From the NCBI GenBank assembly GCA_963833095.1, contig CAWHWQ010000007.1, positions 2,174-66,173 on the forward strand: a stretch of DNA of 64,000 nt, in the 5' to 3' direction. Below the pieces are notes generated by a model, which made no database searches, had not been told where the DNA came from, and was given only the letters and a program-made list of their open reading frames with translations. Origin of the DNA: Vulcanimicrobiota bacterium. Lineage in GTDB: Bacteria > Vulcanimicrobiota > Vulcanimicrobiia > Vulcanimicrobiales > Vulcanimicrobiaceae. This document shows, piece by piece, positions 20,591 to 30,328 of the stretch. Each line of letters starts with the position of its first letter. The first letter of the stretch is position 1. The position numbers and the translations under genes were made by a program.

Positions 20591-21072
20591 TTCTGGAGAC
20601 ACCCGCGCAGCGCCGCGATTTGCTCGAGCGCTCCAAGACCGTGGCGGTGGTCGGTGCATCGAACAATCCGATGCGCCCAAGTTATACCGTCTTCTCCTAC
20701 CTGCGCACTCAGCATCATTTCGCGATTGCCGCGATCAACCCGACGATCGCCGAGATCGACGGCGTCCCCGCCTACCCCTCGCTTACCGCTTATGCACAGG
20801 CGAACGGTGCGCCCGACATCGTCGACGTCTTTCGCAAGCCGAGCGAGGTCACTGCGCTGGTCCAAGAGGCCATCGCGGTCGGGGCCAAGGCGATTTGGTT
20901 TCAATACGGCGTCATCAACGAGGAAGCCATCGCGCTTGCCGATAAGGCTGGTCTCGACGTAGTCGTGGACCGCTGCATGAAGGTCGAGAGCGCTCGATTC
21001 AACGGTGGGCTTTCGATGACGGGCCTCAACTCGGGAATCATCACCAGCCGCCGAAGCGAGACGCACGCGTGA
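20587..21072 (+). CDS. CoA-binding domain protein (YccU/YneT-like)
   Basis: 161 aa. '[20 protein letters not shown]' and '[25 protein letters not shown]' are typical CoA_binding_2 patterns. ATGA overlaps join it to metY upstream and the luxE-like gene downstream. Confidence 0.75.
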   Translation: MILETPAQRRDLLERSKTVAVVGASNNPMRPSYTVFSYLRTQHHFAIAAINPTIAEIDGVPAYPSLTAYAQANGAPDIVDVFRKPSEVTALVQEAIAVGAKAIWFQYGVINEEAIALADKAGLDVVVDRCMKVESARFNGGLSMTGLNSGIITSRRSETHA

Positions 21073-22184
21073 ATTACACCGACGAAGCCTACCGACTCGA
21101 CGCTGAAATTTTTACGCTGATCCAGCGCTGGCATGACTACGATCAGACCGTGTCCGACGACGCCTTCAACCATCTGGCCCTACGGATCTTTGCGCATCAG
21201 CTGCGCTATAACGAACCGTATGCGCGCTACTGCGCGCAGCTTGGCGTGACGCTTGAACGCATGCCCGACAATTGGGAGACGATCCCCCCGGTTCCGAGCG
21301 CGGCATTCAAAGAAGCCGCGCTCGCTACATTCGCCCCCTCGCAAGCCGAGCTGGTCTTTGCGACGAGCGGAACGACGGCCGGCGAGAGCGGCCGACACTA
21401 TATGGAAAATTCGAAACTCTACGACGCCTCGCTCCTGGCCGGCTTCGATCGCTTCATGTTGCCCGATCACGTTCGTCTACGCTATTTGAACCTTGTTCCC
21501 AATCCGGCGACCTATCCGCATTCGTCGCTCGGCTACATGATGGCGCGCGTGAGCGAGCGACGCGGCGACGGCGCGACCGCCTGGTATCTCGAAGGCGATC
21601 AGCTCAATATCGATGCGCTCATCGGCGACCTCGACTCCGCGGTCGAACACGATCGGCCCGTGTGTATCGCGACCACTGCGTTCGCCCTGGTCCACGTGCT
21701 CGACGCGCTGCACGAGCGCCACCGTTATTTCGCGCTGCCCACGGGTTCGCGTCTCATGGAAACCGGCGGCTTCAAGGGCCGCTCGCGCGTGGTCGATCGC
21801 GACGATCTGTACGCGCGCACGGCCGAGCGCTTCGGCATGACCAATTGCGCGATTGCTGCCGAATACGGCATGACCGAATTGACTTCGCAATACTACGACG
21901 ACGTGGTCGTCAATGGACACGATCATCCGCACGCCTCGGTGCGCTATAAGCTTTCGCCGCCCTGGCTGCGCCCGCGGGTCGTCGGGCCCGACGGGGCGAC
22001 GCTTCCCCACGGCGTCGTGGGCGCGCTGGTGCACGTCGATCTGGGAAATCGTTCGTCGGTCGTGGCGATTCAAACCGAGGACCTCGGTGTGCAATTCGAG
22101 GACGGTCTGGTGCTCATCGGACGTGAGTCCGGCGCGGCGCTGCGCGGCTGCTCGCTGTCGGCCGAGGACCTCTTGGTTCGATGA
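21069..22184 (+). CDS. LuxE-like acyl-protein synthetase (adenylate-forming)
   Basis: 371 aa. The N-terminal pattern 'FNHLALRIFAHQLRYNEPYARYCAQLG...IPPVPSAAFKEA' is what I recognise from LuxE-family (PF04443-type) proteins of non-luminous bacteria. The size also matches LuxE. Confidence 0.7.
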   Translation: MNYTDEAYRLDAEIFTLIQRWHDYDQTVSDDAFNHLALRIFAHQLRYNEPYARYCAQLGVTLERMPDNWETIPPVPSAAFKEAALATFAPSQAELVFATSGTTAGESGRHYMENSKLYDASLLAGFDRFMLPDHVRLRYLNLVPNPATYPHSSLGYMMARVSERRGDGATAWYLEGDQLNIDALIGDLDSAVEHDRPVCIATTAFALVHVLDALHERHRYFALPTGSRLMETGGFKGRSRVVDRDDLYARTAERFGMTNCAIAAEYGMTELTSQYYDDVVVNGHDHPHASVRYKLSPPWLRPRVVGPDGATLPHGVVGALVHVDLGNRSSVVAIQTEDLGVQFEDGLVLIGRESGAALRGCSLSAEDLLVR

Positions 22185-23405
22185 ACGCGCTGCGCGCCGT
22201 GCCGGCACGAAGCATCGTGCGCGCGGTTGCCGATGCAGCAGCGCGCTGGGCCGACGCCGACTTCCCTCCTCGGGTTCGCCTTCTCGACCGCGTGGTCGAA
22301 CGCACCGGCTATACCGCGCCGGTGGTGGAGTACGCGCTCGATCAACTCTTTGGTTCGCTCACCGTGGACGCACTCGAAGCGACGATCTCCGGTGAACTCG
22401 GCTCGCTCGATGTGCTCGACGATTTTGCGCTGCGTCCCGGACGGCCACGCGCACGCGCGCTTCCGGTGGGCAGCGTCTGCGTGATATCGAGCCGCACCAC
22501 GATCGGCGTCGCGATCGTGCCGGCGGTCTTCGCGATGTGCGCCAAGTGCGACGTGCTGGTGAAAGACCGCGAGGATGGCTTGGTGCGCGCATTCTTCGAA
22601 ACGCTCGCGCAAGAACTGGATGCGGTCGCGGACGCGGCGCGCGCGCAAACCTGGGAAGGCGAGAGCGACGCGATCAACGTCGGAAGCTTTGATGCAATCG
22701 TCGCCTTCGGTAGCGATGCGACGCTCACGCGGATCGCGGCCTCGACCCAAGGCAAGACGCGCTTCATCGGATTCGGCTCGCGCGCCAGCATCGGGTATGT
22801 CGCGCGCGAGGAGCTGCGCGATGTCGATACACGCCAAACGCATCGCCGCCGGCGCCGCGCGCGACGTCGTGCTCTACGAAACCGAAGGCTGCCTTTCACT
22901 GCACGCGCTCTTCGTCGAGCGGGGCGGGAGCGTCGATCCGCAGCAGTTCACGCGACTCGTCGCCCAAGAGGTCGAACGCGCGTCAGTGGAATTTCCGCCG
23001 GGTCTGCGTGATGCGCGCGCGAGTGCTCGCATCGCAAGCGCGCGCAACCTCGCCGCCTTTCGTTCGGCAGCGGGCAGCGGCAGCGTCTTCTCCGATGCGC
23101 GCGGCTCCTATCTGACCGTGCTCGATCCGCCCGAGAGCGAACCACCGGCTTTTCTTCCGCGCGCGATCGCGGTACACGCGGTCGAAAATCCGGGCGACGC
23201 GATCACCTACCTTGCACGCCACGATATTCCGGTTGAAGCCGTTGCGATCGCCGGCAAGCGCCCCGACCTGCGCACGCTAGCCATTGAGATCGGTGCACAT
23301 CGCATCGCACGCTTCGGCGATCTGCAGCGTCCGCCGCTTGGCGGCAATCACGGCGGGCGTTCGCGCATCGCAGACTTCATCACTTGGATTACGGACGAAC
23401 GCTGA
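22181..23405 (+). pseudogene. LuxC-like acyl-CoA/acyl-protein reductase, single frameshift near 22825-22832
   Basis: ORF 22181-23011 (good to '...GYVAREELRDVD') continues in the frame of ORF 22575-23405 ('HAKRIAAGAARDVVLYETEGCLSLHALFVE...'). Total length is 3n+1. I recognise it as a LuxC family member (ALDH-like with a candidate Cys in 'EGCLS') by pattern and by its position after luxE. Confidence 0.6.
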
Positions 23406-23418
23406 GCGGGGCACGAGC

Positions 23419-24694
23419 ATGAACGAGGACCTCGAGCGTGTTCGCGGTGAGATTCCGGGACCGCAGACACACGCGCTGACCGTACCGCTGCTCGCTCACG
23501 AATCGCGCAACGTCACCTACGTCAGCGACGACTTTCCGATTTTCTGGAAATCCGCCAGCGGCGCGACCGTGGAAGACGTGGACGGCAACCGTTACATCGA
23601 TTTGACCGCGGCCTTCGGCGTCGCGAGCGTGGGCCACAGCAACCCCGCCGTCGCCGCCGCGATCGCGCAGCAGGCGGCAACGCTCATGCATGGCATGGGC
23701 GACGTGCATCCGACAGCGGTGCGCGCGCAACTGCTCGAACGGCTCTCGCGCGTGCTGCCCTCCGGATTGAACAAAACGTTTCTTGCGACCACCGGCTCGG
23801 AAGCGGTTGAGGCCGCACTCAAAACCGCGGTGCTCGCGACCGGCAAGCATCGCTTCGTCGCGTACGATGGCGCGTACCACGGGCTTTCGCTCGGCGCGCT
23901 GACCATCGGCGGGATTCCCAAATTCAGCGAGCCGTTCGCGGATCTGATTCCGCAGGTCGACGCTTCGTTTACCGTATCCCGATGCACTGACGACCAGCGC
24001 CAAAACCGCGCTGGCGGAACTTCGCGCCGCGCTGGACCCGCACGACGATCTCGCTGCCGTCGTCATCGAACCGATTCAAGGGCGCGGCGGATGCGTCGTG
24101 CCGCCGGATGGCTATCTCGCCGGACTGCGCGCCTATTGCGACAAGCGCGGCATCCTGTTGATCTTCGACGAGATCTATACCGGTTTTGGACGCACCGGCA
24201 ATTGGTTTGCCTGCGAGCACGATCACACGATTCCCGACATCATCTGCATCGGCAAGGCGATGGGCGGTGGGTTCCCGATTAGCGCGGCGGTCGCGCGCAC
24301 CGCGGTGATGGACGCGTGGCCGCGTTCGACCGGCGAGGCACTGCACACCTCGACGTATCTGGGCAATCCCATGGGCTGCGCTGCGGCGCTTGCGACGATT
24401 GGCGAACTCGAGCGCCTGGCGCTTCCCGCCCAAGCACGCGAACTGGGCGAACTGATCGAACGGCGTCTGCAGGCTCTGCTCGAACATCCGCGCGTGATCG
24501 CCATGCGCGGGCGCGGTGCGATGTGGGGCTTGCAACTTCGTAGCGCGGCCGACGCCGACCAAATCGTTAAAGCGGCGCTTGGACGCGGGGTTATTCTGTT
24601 GCAAGCGGGCCCGCAAGGCGACGTCCTGTCGATCACGCCGCCGTTAGTGATCTCATCGCTGCAACTCCATCGCGCACTCGAGTTGATCAAGTGA
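23419..24694 (+). pseudogene. Class-III (omega) aminotransferase, single frameshift near 23968
   Basis: The first part starts at ATG 23419 ('...YIDLTAAFGVASVGHSNPAV...ATTGSEAVEAALK'). It continues in another frame ('LPYPDA...VVIEPIQGRGG...LIFDEIYTGFGRTG...DIICIGKAMGGGFP' with the PLP Lys). The slip is at a TTT run, and the length is 3n+1. Confidence 0.8.
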
Positions 24695-24700
24695 GGTACT

Positions 24701-25738
24701 GTGAAGAAATACCGCATCGGCATCAGCGGCGCCGGCTTCGGCGTCAAAGCCCACCTTCCGGCGCTGCTGGCGAACCCGCATTTCGACGTCGTTGCGCTCG
24801 CCTCGCCCTCGAGTGCGACGGCGATCGCGGCAGAACGCAAGATTCCGCACGCGTTTACCAGCGCGCAAGCCATGATCGACGGCTGCGAGTTGGACGCGAT
24901 CACGATCGCCTCGCCGCCCTTCACCCATCGCGACGCCGTGCTGGCAGCCCTCGATGCCGGGCTGCACGTCATGTGCGAGAAGCCGTTCGCGCTCAACGTG
25001 GAGGAAGCCGAGGAAATGGTCGCTGCGTCACGCGACGCGGGAACCGCGTGCGGGATCGCGCACGAGTTTCGCTTCGTGCCGCAACGCGTTGCCATCAAGC
25101 AACTCATCGACAACGGACACCTCACCCCGTTGCGCGAGATCGAGATCACGCATCTCACCACATTTTTGCGCGAAGAATCCACCGCGCGACAACGCGGCTG
25201 GTGGTTCGAGCGCGAGCGAGGCGGTGGCATGGCTAACGCGATCTTCTCGCATCTGATCGACGCGGCCAATTGGGCCGTAGGGCGTCCCCCGCACAAGACC
25301 TACGGCTTTTTGCGAACGGCGAACCGCACACGCCACGACGATCAGGGTGAATTTATCAGCACCGTCGACGACGGCTGCTTTGCGCTCCTGGATTACGGCG
25401 ACGGGCTCGTGGGACGCCTTACCACCGACGCAACGCAAATCGTCGAGTCGTTCACCTTCGCGGTTCACGCCGAGAACCGCACGGCAGTGGCGAGTGGGCC
25501 GGGCGCGATGGACACCGCGCTCTATACTGTCGATGCCGACGAGACCAACGAACTCCAGTGCAAACCGTCACCATACGCCAAGTTCGCAAGCATCTTGCCG
25601 AACGTGCCGTACCTGATAGAGCTCTACGACGAGTTGGTCAAGCAGATCGAAACCGGAACCAGCGCGCTGCCCACGTTCGAAGACGGCCTGGAAACCCAGC
25701 GGGTGCTCGCCGCGATCGGCTACTCGTACCCGACGTAA
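24701..25738 (+). CDS. Gfo/Idh/MocA family oxidoreductase
   Basis: 345 aa with an N-terminal Rossmann fold 'KYRIGISGAGFGVKAHLPAL' and the family motif 'HVMCEKPFA'. Confidence 0.8.
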   Translation: MKKYRIGISGAGFGVKAHLPALLANPHFDVVALASPSSATAIAAERKIPHAFTSAQAMIDGCELDAITIASPPFTHRDAVLAALDAGLHVMCEKPFALNVEEAEEMVAASRDAGTACGIAHEFRFVPQRVAIKQLIDNGHLTPLREIEITHLTTFLREESTARQRGWWFERERGGGMANAIFSHLIDAANWAVGRPPHKTYGFLRTANRTRHDDQGEFISTVDDGCFALLDYGDGLVGRLTTDATQIVESFTFAVHAENRTAVASGPGAMDTALYTVDADETNELQCKPSPYAKFASILPNVPYLIELYDELVKQIETGTSALPTFEDGLETQRVLAAIGYSYPT

Positions 25739-25740
25739 CG

Positions 25741-25840
25741 TTGTCATCCCGAGGTAGACGCGACCTTGTCATCCCGAGGTAGACGCGACCTTGTCATCCC
25801 GAGGTAGATGCGACCTTGTCATCCCGAGGTAGACGCGACC
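25741..25840. repeat. Tandem repeat, 4 x 25 bp (TTGTCATCCCGAGGTAGACGCGACC)
   Basis: Four head-to-tail copies at 25741, 25766, 25791 (one C>T change) and 25816. A fifth partial copy merges into the hairpin element that follows. Confidence 0.9.
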
Positions 25841-26011
25841 TTGTCATCCCGAGCGTAGCGAAGCGTAGTCGAGGGACCGGCAACGCGTCTAGGCGATTAT
25901 GCGAACTCTCAATGCGGCCACCCTTCGAGGCTCGCTGCGCTCGCACCTCAGGGTGACTGGGCGGCGGTCCCTCGACGACGCTCACTGCGTTCGCTACGCT
26001 CGGGATGACAA
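25841..26011. repeat. 171-bp hairpin (REPIN/MITE-like) element with perfect 22-bp terminal inverted repeats
   Basis: TTGTCATCCCGAGCGTAGCGAA (25841-25862) is the exact reverse complement of 25990-26011. Second-tier arms 25863-25879 and 25965-25981 also pair with one mismatch. The element fills the gap between convergent genes. Confidence 0.8.
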
Positions 26012-26013
26012 AA

Positions 26014-27774
26014 CTACGTTGGCGGGTTGGGGTCGTGGAGTGCGGCGGCCATGGCGCGGTAGACGTTGAGGCGGCCGCAGCCTTGATTGGGATCGTTGAT
26101 GTTATCCGCCTCGGAGCACAAGAGCTGCTTCATCAGGGTCGGTGATTGATAGGCTGGGTTCACCGATAGGATGAGCGCAGCCGCGCCCGCGACGTGCGGC
26201 GTCGCCATCGATGTTCCGGCGATCAACGTGCGACAGTTGCCGGCTTCACCGTACTCCGTGCTGACCTTGCAGTTGCCCTCGAAGCTCACGTCGCTTGGCG
26301 ACGACATGAACGGCGTCGAAGTCCAGATATTCTCGATCCAGTGCAGGTAATCGGTGCTCGTCGCACTCGGGCTCGCGTCCGCGTTCGACGGATCGCCGCC
26401 GGGCGCGACGATGCCCCACGAGGTCGCGCTCGCTGGGACATTCACCGAACCGTATTGCGTGTAACCGGTGACGTACTCCGATCCGACATTCGTCCCACCA
26501 TTCGTGCCGTTGGCCTGACCGTCTTCATAACCGCTCGCGCCGACGGCAATGACACCCGCGTCGCAGGCCGGCGCGGTTACACCCGGCCCGCCACTGTTAC
26601 CCGATGCGGCGACGACGATCACGTTGCTTGCAATCGCGTTTGCGATCGCGTTCCCTTCGGTCTGGTCCGAATCCACGCCCGGAGAACTACACGTATCGCC
26701 GCCGAGGCTCAGGCTAATCACGTTGGCGCCGTGAGCGACCGCGTCGTCGATTGCGCTTGCAATATCGGTGTCGACCGCACCGCATTGATCATCGTTCTCG
26801 CCCGCCGAATTACCCGGCGTACAGTTGTCGTCCGGCGTCGGGAAGACGCGATAGAGCATGAGCGAAACGTTCCCGGCGTCGCCGACGAAGCCATAGCCGT
26901 TGTTGGCGTTGGCAACGGCAATGCCGGTGACGTCGGTTCCGTGACCATCGCCATCGGTCACGTAAGAACCGGTGCTTTGCGGGTAAGGTGCCGTGTCGCT
27001 CGTGATGAAGCATTGGGTCCGCACGATACTTGCTTTCGCAAGCTCGGGATGCGTGACGTCTTCGCCCGTATCGATGATCGCAAGCTTGACGCTGGTAGAG
27101 CCTAGCGCGTTCGCATTGGTGATGATGCTTCCGTTCGCTGCCTGCGAATAGCCCAGCGCATGTTCAAGCTGGACGATGTGCATGTCCCATTGACCGCCGG
27201 TCGAACCGGTTTGATAGAGCGGCGCAACCGCACCACCGGCCGCGTAGCCGACGAAATATGGATCGGTTCCTAAATACGGATTGCTCACGGCGAGCGGAGC
27301 GAGCCGGCGCGATTGACTCACGGCGACGACACCCGGCGTCGAGCGCAACGTCGACTCGGCCTGCGCCATCGCCGACGGTGCGACGTGCAGGAGTCGCGTT
27401 GCAAGACCGGTCTTAGGATAATCGACCTCGTTGTACTTAGTCGCGCCGAGTGACGCGACACGGGCATCGATGCTGCTTGCGGCATTCGTTATCGCGTTCA
27501 TGCGATACGAAACCGCCAGCACCGGCAGTGTCGCTGTGTTCACCGATCCGCGATAGGAACGCCGCGTCTCAGACGAAATGCCGCCGCTCGAACGCCCACC
27601 CGCCGAATCCAAACTGGTATCCGATGAGGGACAGGTATATGGCGAGTTGGGCGCCGGCGACGGGGTTGTCGATGGGGTCGGCGGTGAGCTACTGCTGCCA
27701 CCTCCGCCGCACGCGGCCAGCGAAAATGCAACGAGCGCCGCGATCGGCGTGCGTAAGCGAGCAAGCACTCTCAA
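26014..27774 (-). CDS. Subtilisin-like serine protease (peptidase S8) lipoprotein
   Basis: 586 aa with lipobox 'SLAAC|GGGGSSSS'. The catalytic triad motifs are 'AIIDTGEDVTHPEL' (Asp), 'HGTDVTGIAVA' (His) and 'GTSMATPHVAGAAALI' (Ser). Confidence 0.88.
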   Translation of the reverse strand: MRVLARLRTPIAALVAFSLAACGGGGSSSSPPTPSTTPSPAPNSPYTCPSSDTSLDSAGGRSSGGISSETRRSYRGSVNTATLPVLAVSYRMNAITNAASSIDARVASLGATKYNEVDYPKTGLATRLLHVAPSAMAQAESTLRSTPGVVAVSQSRRLAPLAVSNPYLGTDPYFVGYAAGGAVAPLYQTGSTGGQWDMHIVQLEHALGYSQAANGSIITNANALGSTSVKLAIIDTGEDVTHPELAKASIVRTQCFITSDTAPYPQSTGSYVTDGDGHGTDVTGIAVANANNGYGFVGDAGNVSLMLYRVFPTPDDNCTPGNSAGENDDQCGAVDTDIASAIDDAVAHGANVISLSLGGDTCSSPGVDSDQTEGNAIANAIASNVIVVAASGNSGGPGVTAPACDAGVIAVGASGYEDGQANGTNGGTNVGSEYVTGYTQYGSVNVPASATSWGIVAPGGDPSNADASPSATSTDYLHWIENIWTSTPFMSSPSDVSFEGNCKVSTEYGEAGNCRTLIAGTSMATPHVAGAAALILSVNPAYQSPTLMKQLLCSEADNINDPNQGCGRLNVYRAMAAALHDPNPPT

Positions 27775-27834
27775 ATTGAGTCTCCCTATCAGGTGCAGTC
27801 TACCCCAAGAACGTGAATTCGCGCTGGGAGTATT

Positions 27835-29091
27835 TCATGAGAATTGCCGATTTAACAAACGCCATACAAGGCCAAGCGCCATCACGGTCGCGCGCCGCTG
27901 TACGGCATCGCGGTCGCCCCGAAAATTGAACGTATAGGAATGTACGTCGCCGTCGACGTCTATGGCAAACCAGACCAAGCCAACCGGCTTCTCCTCACTC
28001 CCACCATCGGGCCCGGCAATTCCCGTCGTCGCGACCGCGTGCGACGTCCGCAGCCGTGCGCGCGCGCCCGTTGCCATCTCCTTTGCCGTTTCTTCGCTGA
28101 CCGCGCCGAATCGCTCGAGCGTCTGCTCGCTCACCCCAAGCTCAGCCCGTTTGACCGCGTTGTCGTACGCCACGACCCCGCCGTGAAAGCTGCGCGACGA
28201 GCCCGGCACCGCGGTGAGCGCGGCCGCAATACGGCCACCCGTGCACGACTCGGCAACGGCGATCGTATTTCCGTTGGCCTGCAGCAAGTCGTGGACAACC
28301 GAGGCGAGGCTCGCGTCGTCGGCACCGAACACGAACCCGTCGAGGCGTTCGCGCACCTGCGCTTCGATCGGCGCTAGCATGGCGCGCGCCTGCTCTGCTG
28401 AACGCGCCTTGGCCATAATCTTTACGTCGCACTGCCCCTCGTGCGCGAGCACCGCGATCTTCGGATTTTCGCCGCCGCGAAAAAGATCGTCGATGCGGTG
28501 ATCGATCTCAGATTCGCCGATGTTGACCGTGTGCAGGACGCGCGTATAAATCGCGTCGACGATTCCGTAACGTTCGCGTAAGAAGGGAATTAAGACATCG
28601 GTGAGCATCGGGCGCATCTCGCGCGGCACACCCGGCATACACGCGATGAACTTTCCTTCCGGTCCGAATGCGATAAAACCGGGAGCTGTGCCTCGCGGGT
28701 TCTCCAGCACGAGACTTCCGCGAGGCACGTACGCCTGTTTGCGATTGTTCTCGCGCATCTCCCGCCCTATCTGTGCAAAGAAATCTTGCATCTGCTTAAG
28801 GGACGGCTCGTGCAATTCCAAATCGAGACCCAGCGCATCGGCTGCTGCTTCCTTGGTAAGATCGTCGACTGTTGGACCAAGACCACCGGTTGTAATAATT
28901 CCGTCAACACGTTCGAGAGCTGCGCGCATCGCACTTGAAATGCGACTACGGTTATCGCCGATCGCGTGCGTACCGTACACGTCGATGCCGGCCGAAGCGA
29001 GTGCCTGCGCTACGAAGACCGAGTTCGTGTCAGTTAGTTGACCGAGCAGCAATTCGGTCCCGACGGCGATCAGTTCAACCGCGAGGGCCAT
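27835..29091 (-). CDS. cinA: CinA family protein (MoCF-binding domain + PncC-type NMN amidohydrolase domain)
   Basis: I prefer the start at 'MALAVELIAVGTELLLGQLTDTNS' (29091) within ORF 27835-29145. The C-terminal half contains 'IAVAESCTGG'. Confidence 0.85.
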   Translation of the reverse strand: MALAVELIAVGTELLLGQLTDTNSVFVAQALASAGIDVYGTHAIGDNRSRISSAMRAALERVDGIITTGGLGPTVDDLTKEAAADALGLDLELHEPSLKQMQDFFAQIGREMRENNRKQAYVPRGSLVLENPRGTAPGFIAFGPEGKFIACMPGVPREMRPMLTDVLIPFLRERYGIVDAIYTRVLHTVNIGESEIDHRIDDLFRGGENPKIAVLAHEGQCDVKIMAKARSAEQARAMLAPIEAQVRERLDGFVFGADDASLASVVHDLLQANGNTIAVAESCTGGRIAAALTAVPGSSRSFHGGVVAYDNAVKRAELGVSEQTLERFGAVSEETAKEMATGARARLRTSHAVATTGIAGPDGGSEEKPVGLVWFAIDVDGDVHSYTFNFRGDRDAVQRRATVMALGLVWRLLNRQFS

Positions 29092-29659
29092 CGAACCACG
29101 ACGGATATGTGAAGTGCACCTCAGCGTCAAAACCATCGGCTGCATCGATCATCGCCTTGCGGCGTTCGTCGGCGTGATCGGACCCCGGCTTCTCGCGTTG
29201 CATCGTCAGCTTCATCTCGCCAAGCCGCTCGACGAAGCGCGCAAACCGCGCATCCATCGCCGCTTGCAGACGCTGCTTGAGGATCTTGCCGACGCGTGGC
29301 GCAAGGCCGCTGGTTGCAATTGCAATGCGCACAGGTCCGGCTTTAGCGATCGCCGCCATCGCGACGAATCCATACTTCGGCTGATCGATGCAGCAGAGCA
29401 GAAATTTGTGCCGATCTGCGAGCACGCGCAATCGCGCCGAGAGCTCTTCGTCTTGGGGGGTCGAGATCACAAAGAACGCATCGGTTAGCTCGTCGTCGCG
29501 CAAGGCGACGGGATCTTGAATCCAGCGAACGTCGGCGCCGGACTCGCGCAGCGCCTCCGCCTTCTCGATTGCCTCGCGGTCGTCGGCCGCACCGATGACC
29601 ACGCAGCGCCGTCCACTGAGTTGAAGGCTGACGGGGTAGAACGGCGCGCGATTCAACAC
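29075..29659 (-). CDS. SirC/Met8-like precorrin-2 dehydrogenase / sirohydrochlorin ferrochelatase family protein (divergent)
   Basis: 194 aa. 'FYPVSLQLSGRRCVVIGAADDREA..KAEAL.ESGADV' aligns with the siroheme synthase N-terminal domain pattern 'FP.FL.L.GR.VLVVGGG.VA.RK', but the GGG..A dinucleotide loop is replaced. Confidence 0.5.
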   Translation of the reverse strand: MLNRAPFYPVSLQLSGRRCVVIGAADDREAIEKAEALRESGADVRWIQDPVALRDDELTDAFFVISTPQDEELSARLRVLADRHKFLLCCIDQPKYGFVAMAAIAKAGPVRIAIATSGLAPRVGKILKQRLQAAMDARFARFVERLGEMKLTMQREKPGSDHADERRKAMIDAADGFDAEVHFTYPSWFDGPRG

Positions 29660-30030
29660 AGCGGTACGCCGAGGTTCCGAGCAGCGGCTTTAAGCGCCTC
29701 ATCATCCGTCGCAAGTTTCACGCCTTCGCGCCGCGCGAGTTCGAGGTATGCCGCATCGTACATCGTTAGCGATTGCGAGGCCGCCACGGTAAAGGTGTCG
29801 CGAAGCTGCGTCACGCTCGGGGGAGGCTGAACCTCGATCGGAAGCCGGACCAAATGGTGAAGGGCCTGCAGGGCTTTTTGCTGATTGAGACGCTTGCGCC
29901 GCATGGCGACCAGAAGCGCGTTCGTAACCTCGATCTCCCACAGGCACGGCGCGATCGCCGGATTCGCCGGGAGGTCGTCGAGAATCGCCTTCGTGCGCTC
30001 CGTGATCTCGTCTTCAAAGAACCACGTCAC
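29653..30030 (-). CDS. PIN-domain toxin (VapC-like); the annotated start removes the first conserved Asp
   Basis: 125-aa ORF from GTG 30030 with '...MYDAAYLELA...LATDD' PIN features. In-frame codons just upstream read 'I L V I D A S V A', the usual PIN N-terminus, but contain no ATG, GTG or TTG. Confidence 0.7.
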   Translation of the reverse strand: MTWFFEDEITERTKAILDDLPANPAIAPCLWEIEVTNALLVAMRRKRLNQQKALQALHHLVRLPIEVQPPPSVTQLRDTFTVAASQSLTMYDAAYLELARREGVKLATDDEALKAAARNLGVPLC

Positions 30031-30050
30031 GGCAACCGACGCATCGATAA

Positions 30051-30308
<258 letters not shown>

Positions 30309-30309
30309 C

Positions 30310-30328
30310 TAGTCTACAGACTAGTCTA
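30310..30328. promoter_or_regulatory. Possible antitoxin operator: overlapping palindromes TAGTCTACAGACTAGTCTA
   Basis: TAGTCT-AC-AGACTA and AGACTAGTCT are both self-complementary and lie 5-23 nt upstream of the antitoxin start. They contain ACTAGT, as at the other TA locus. The function is inferred. Confidence 0.25.

Noticed and set aside
24223-25296. A 357-aa minus-strand ORF spanning the aminotransferase and oxidoreductase genes.
   Set aside because: It is antisense to two motif-supported genes and is rich in Ser, Arg, Ala and Cys with no domain signal.
25741-25840. The regularly spaced 25-bp direct repeats could be taken for a CRISPR array.
   Set aside because: The repeats are contiguous with no spacers, and there are only 4 copies. 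No cas genes are nearby, and the unit is derived from the terminus of the adjacent hairpin element.
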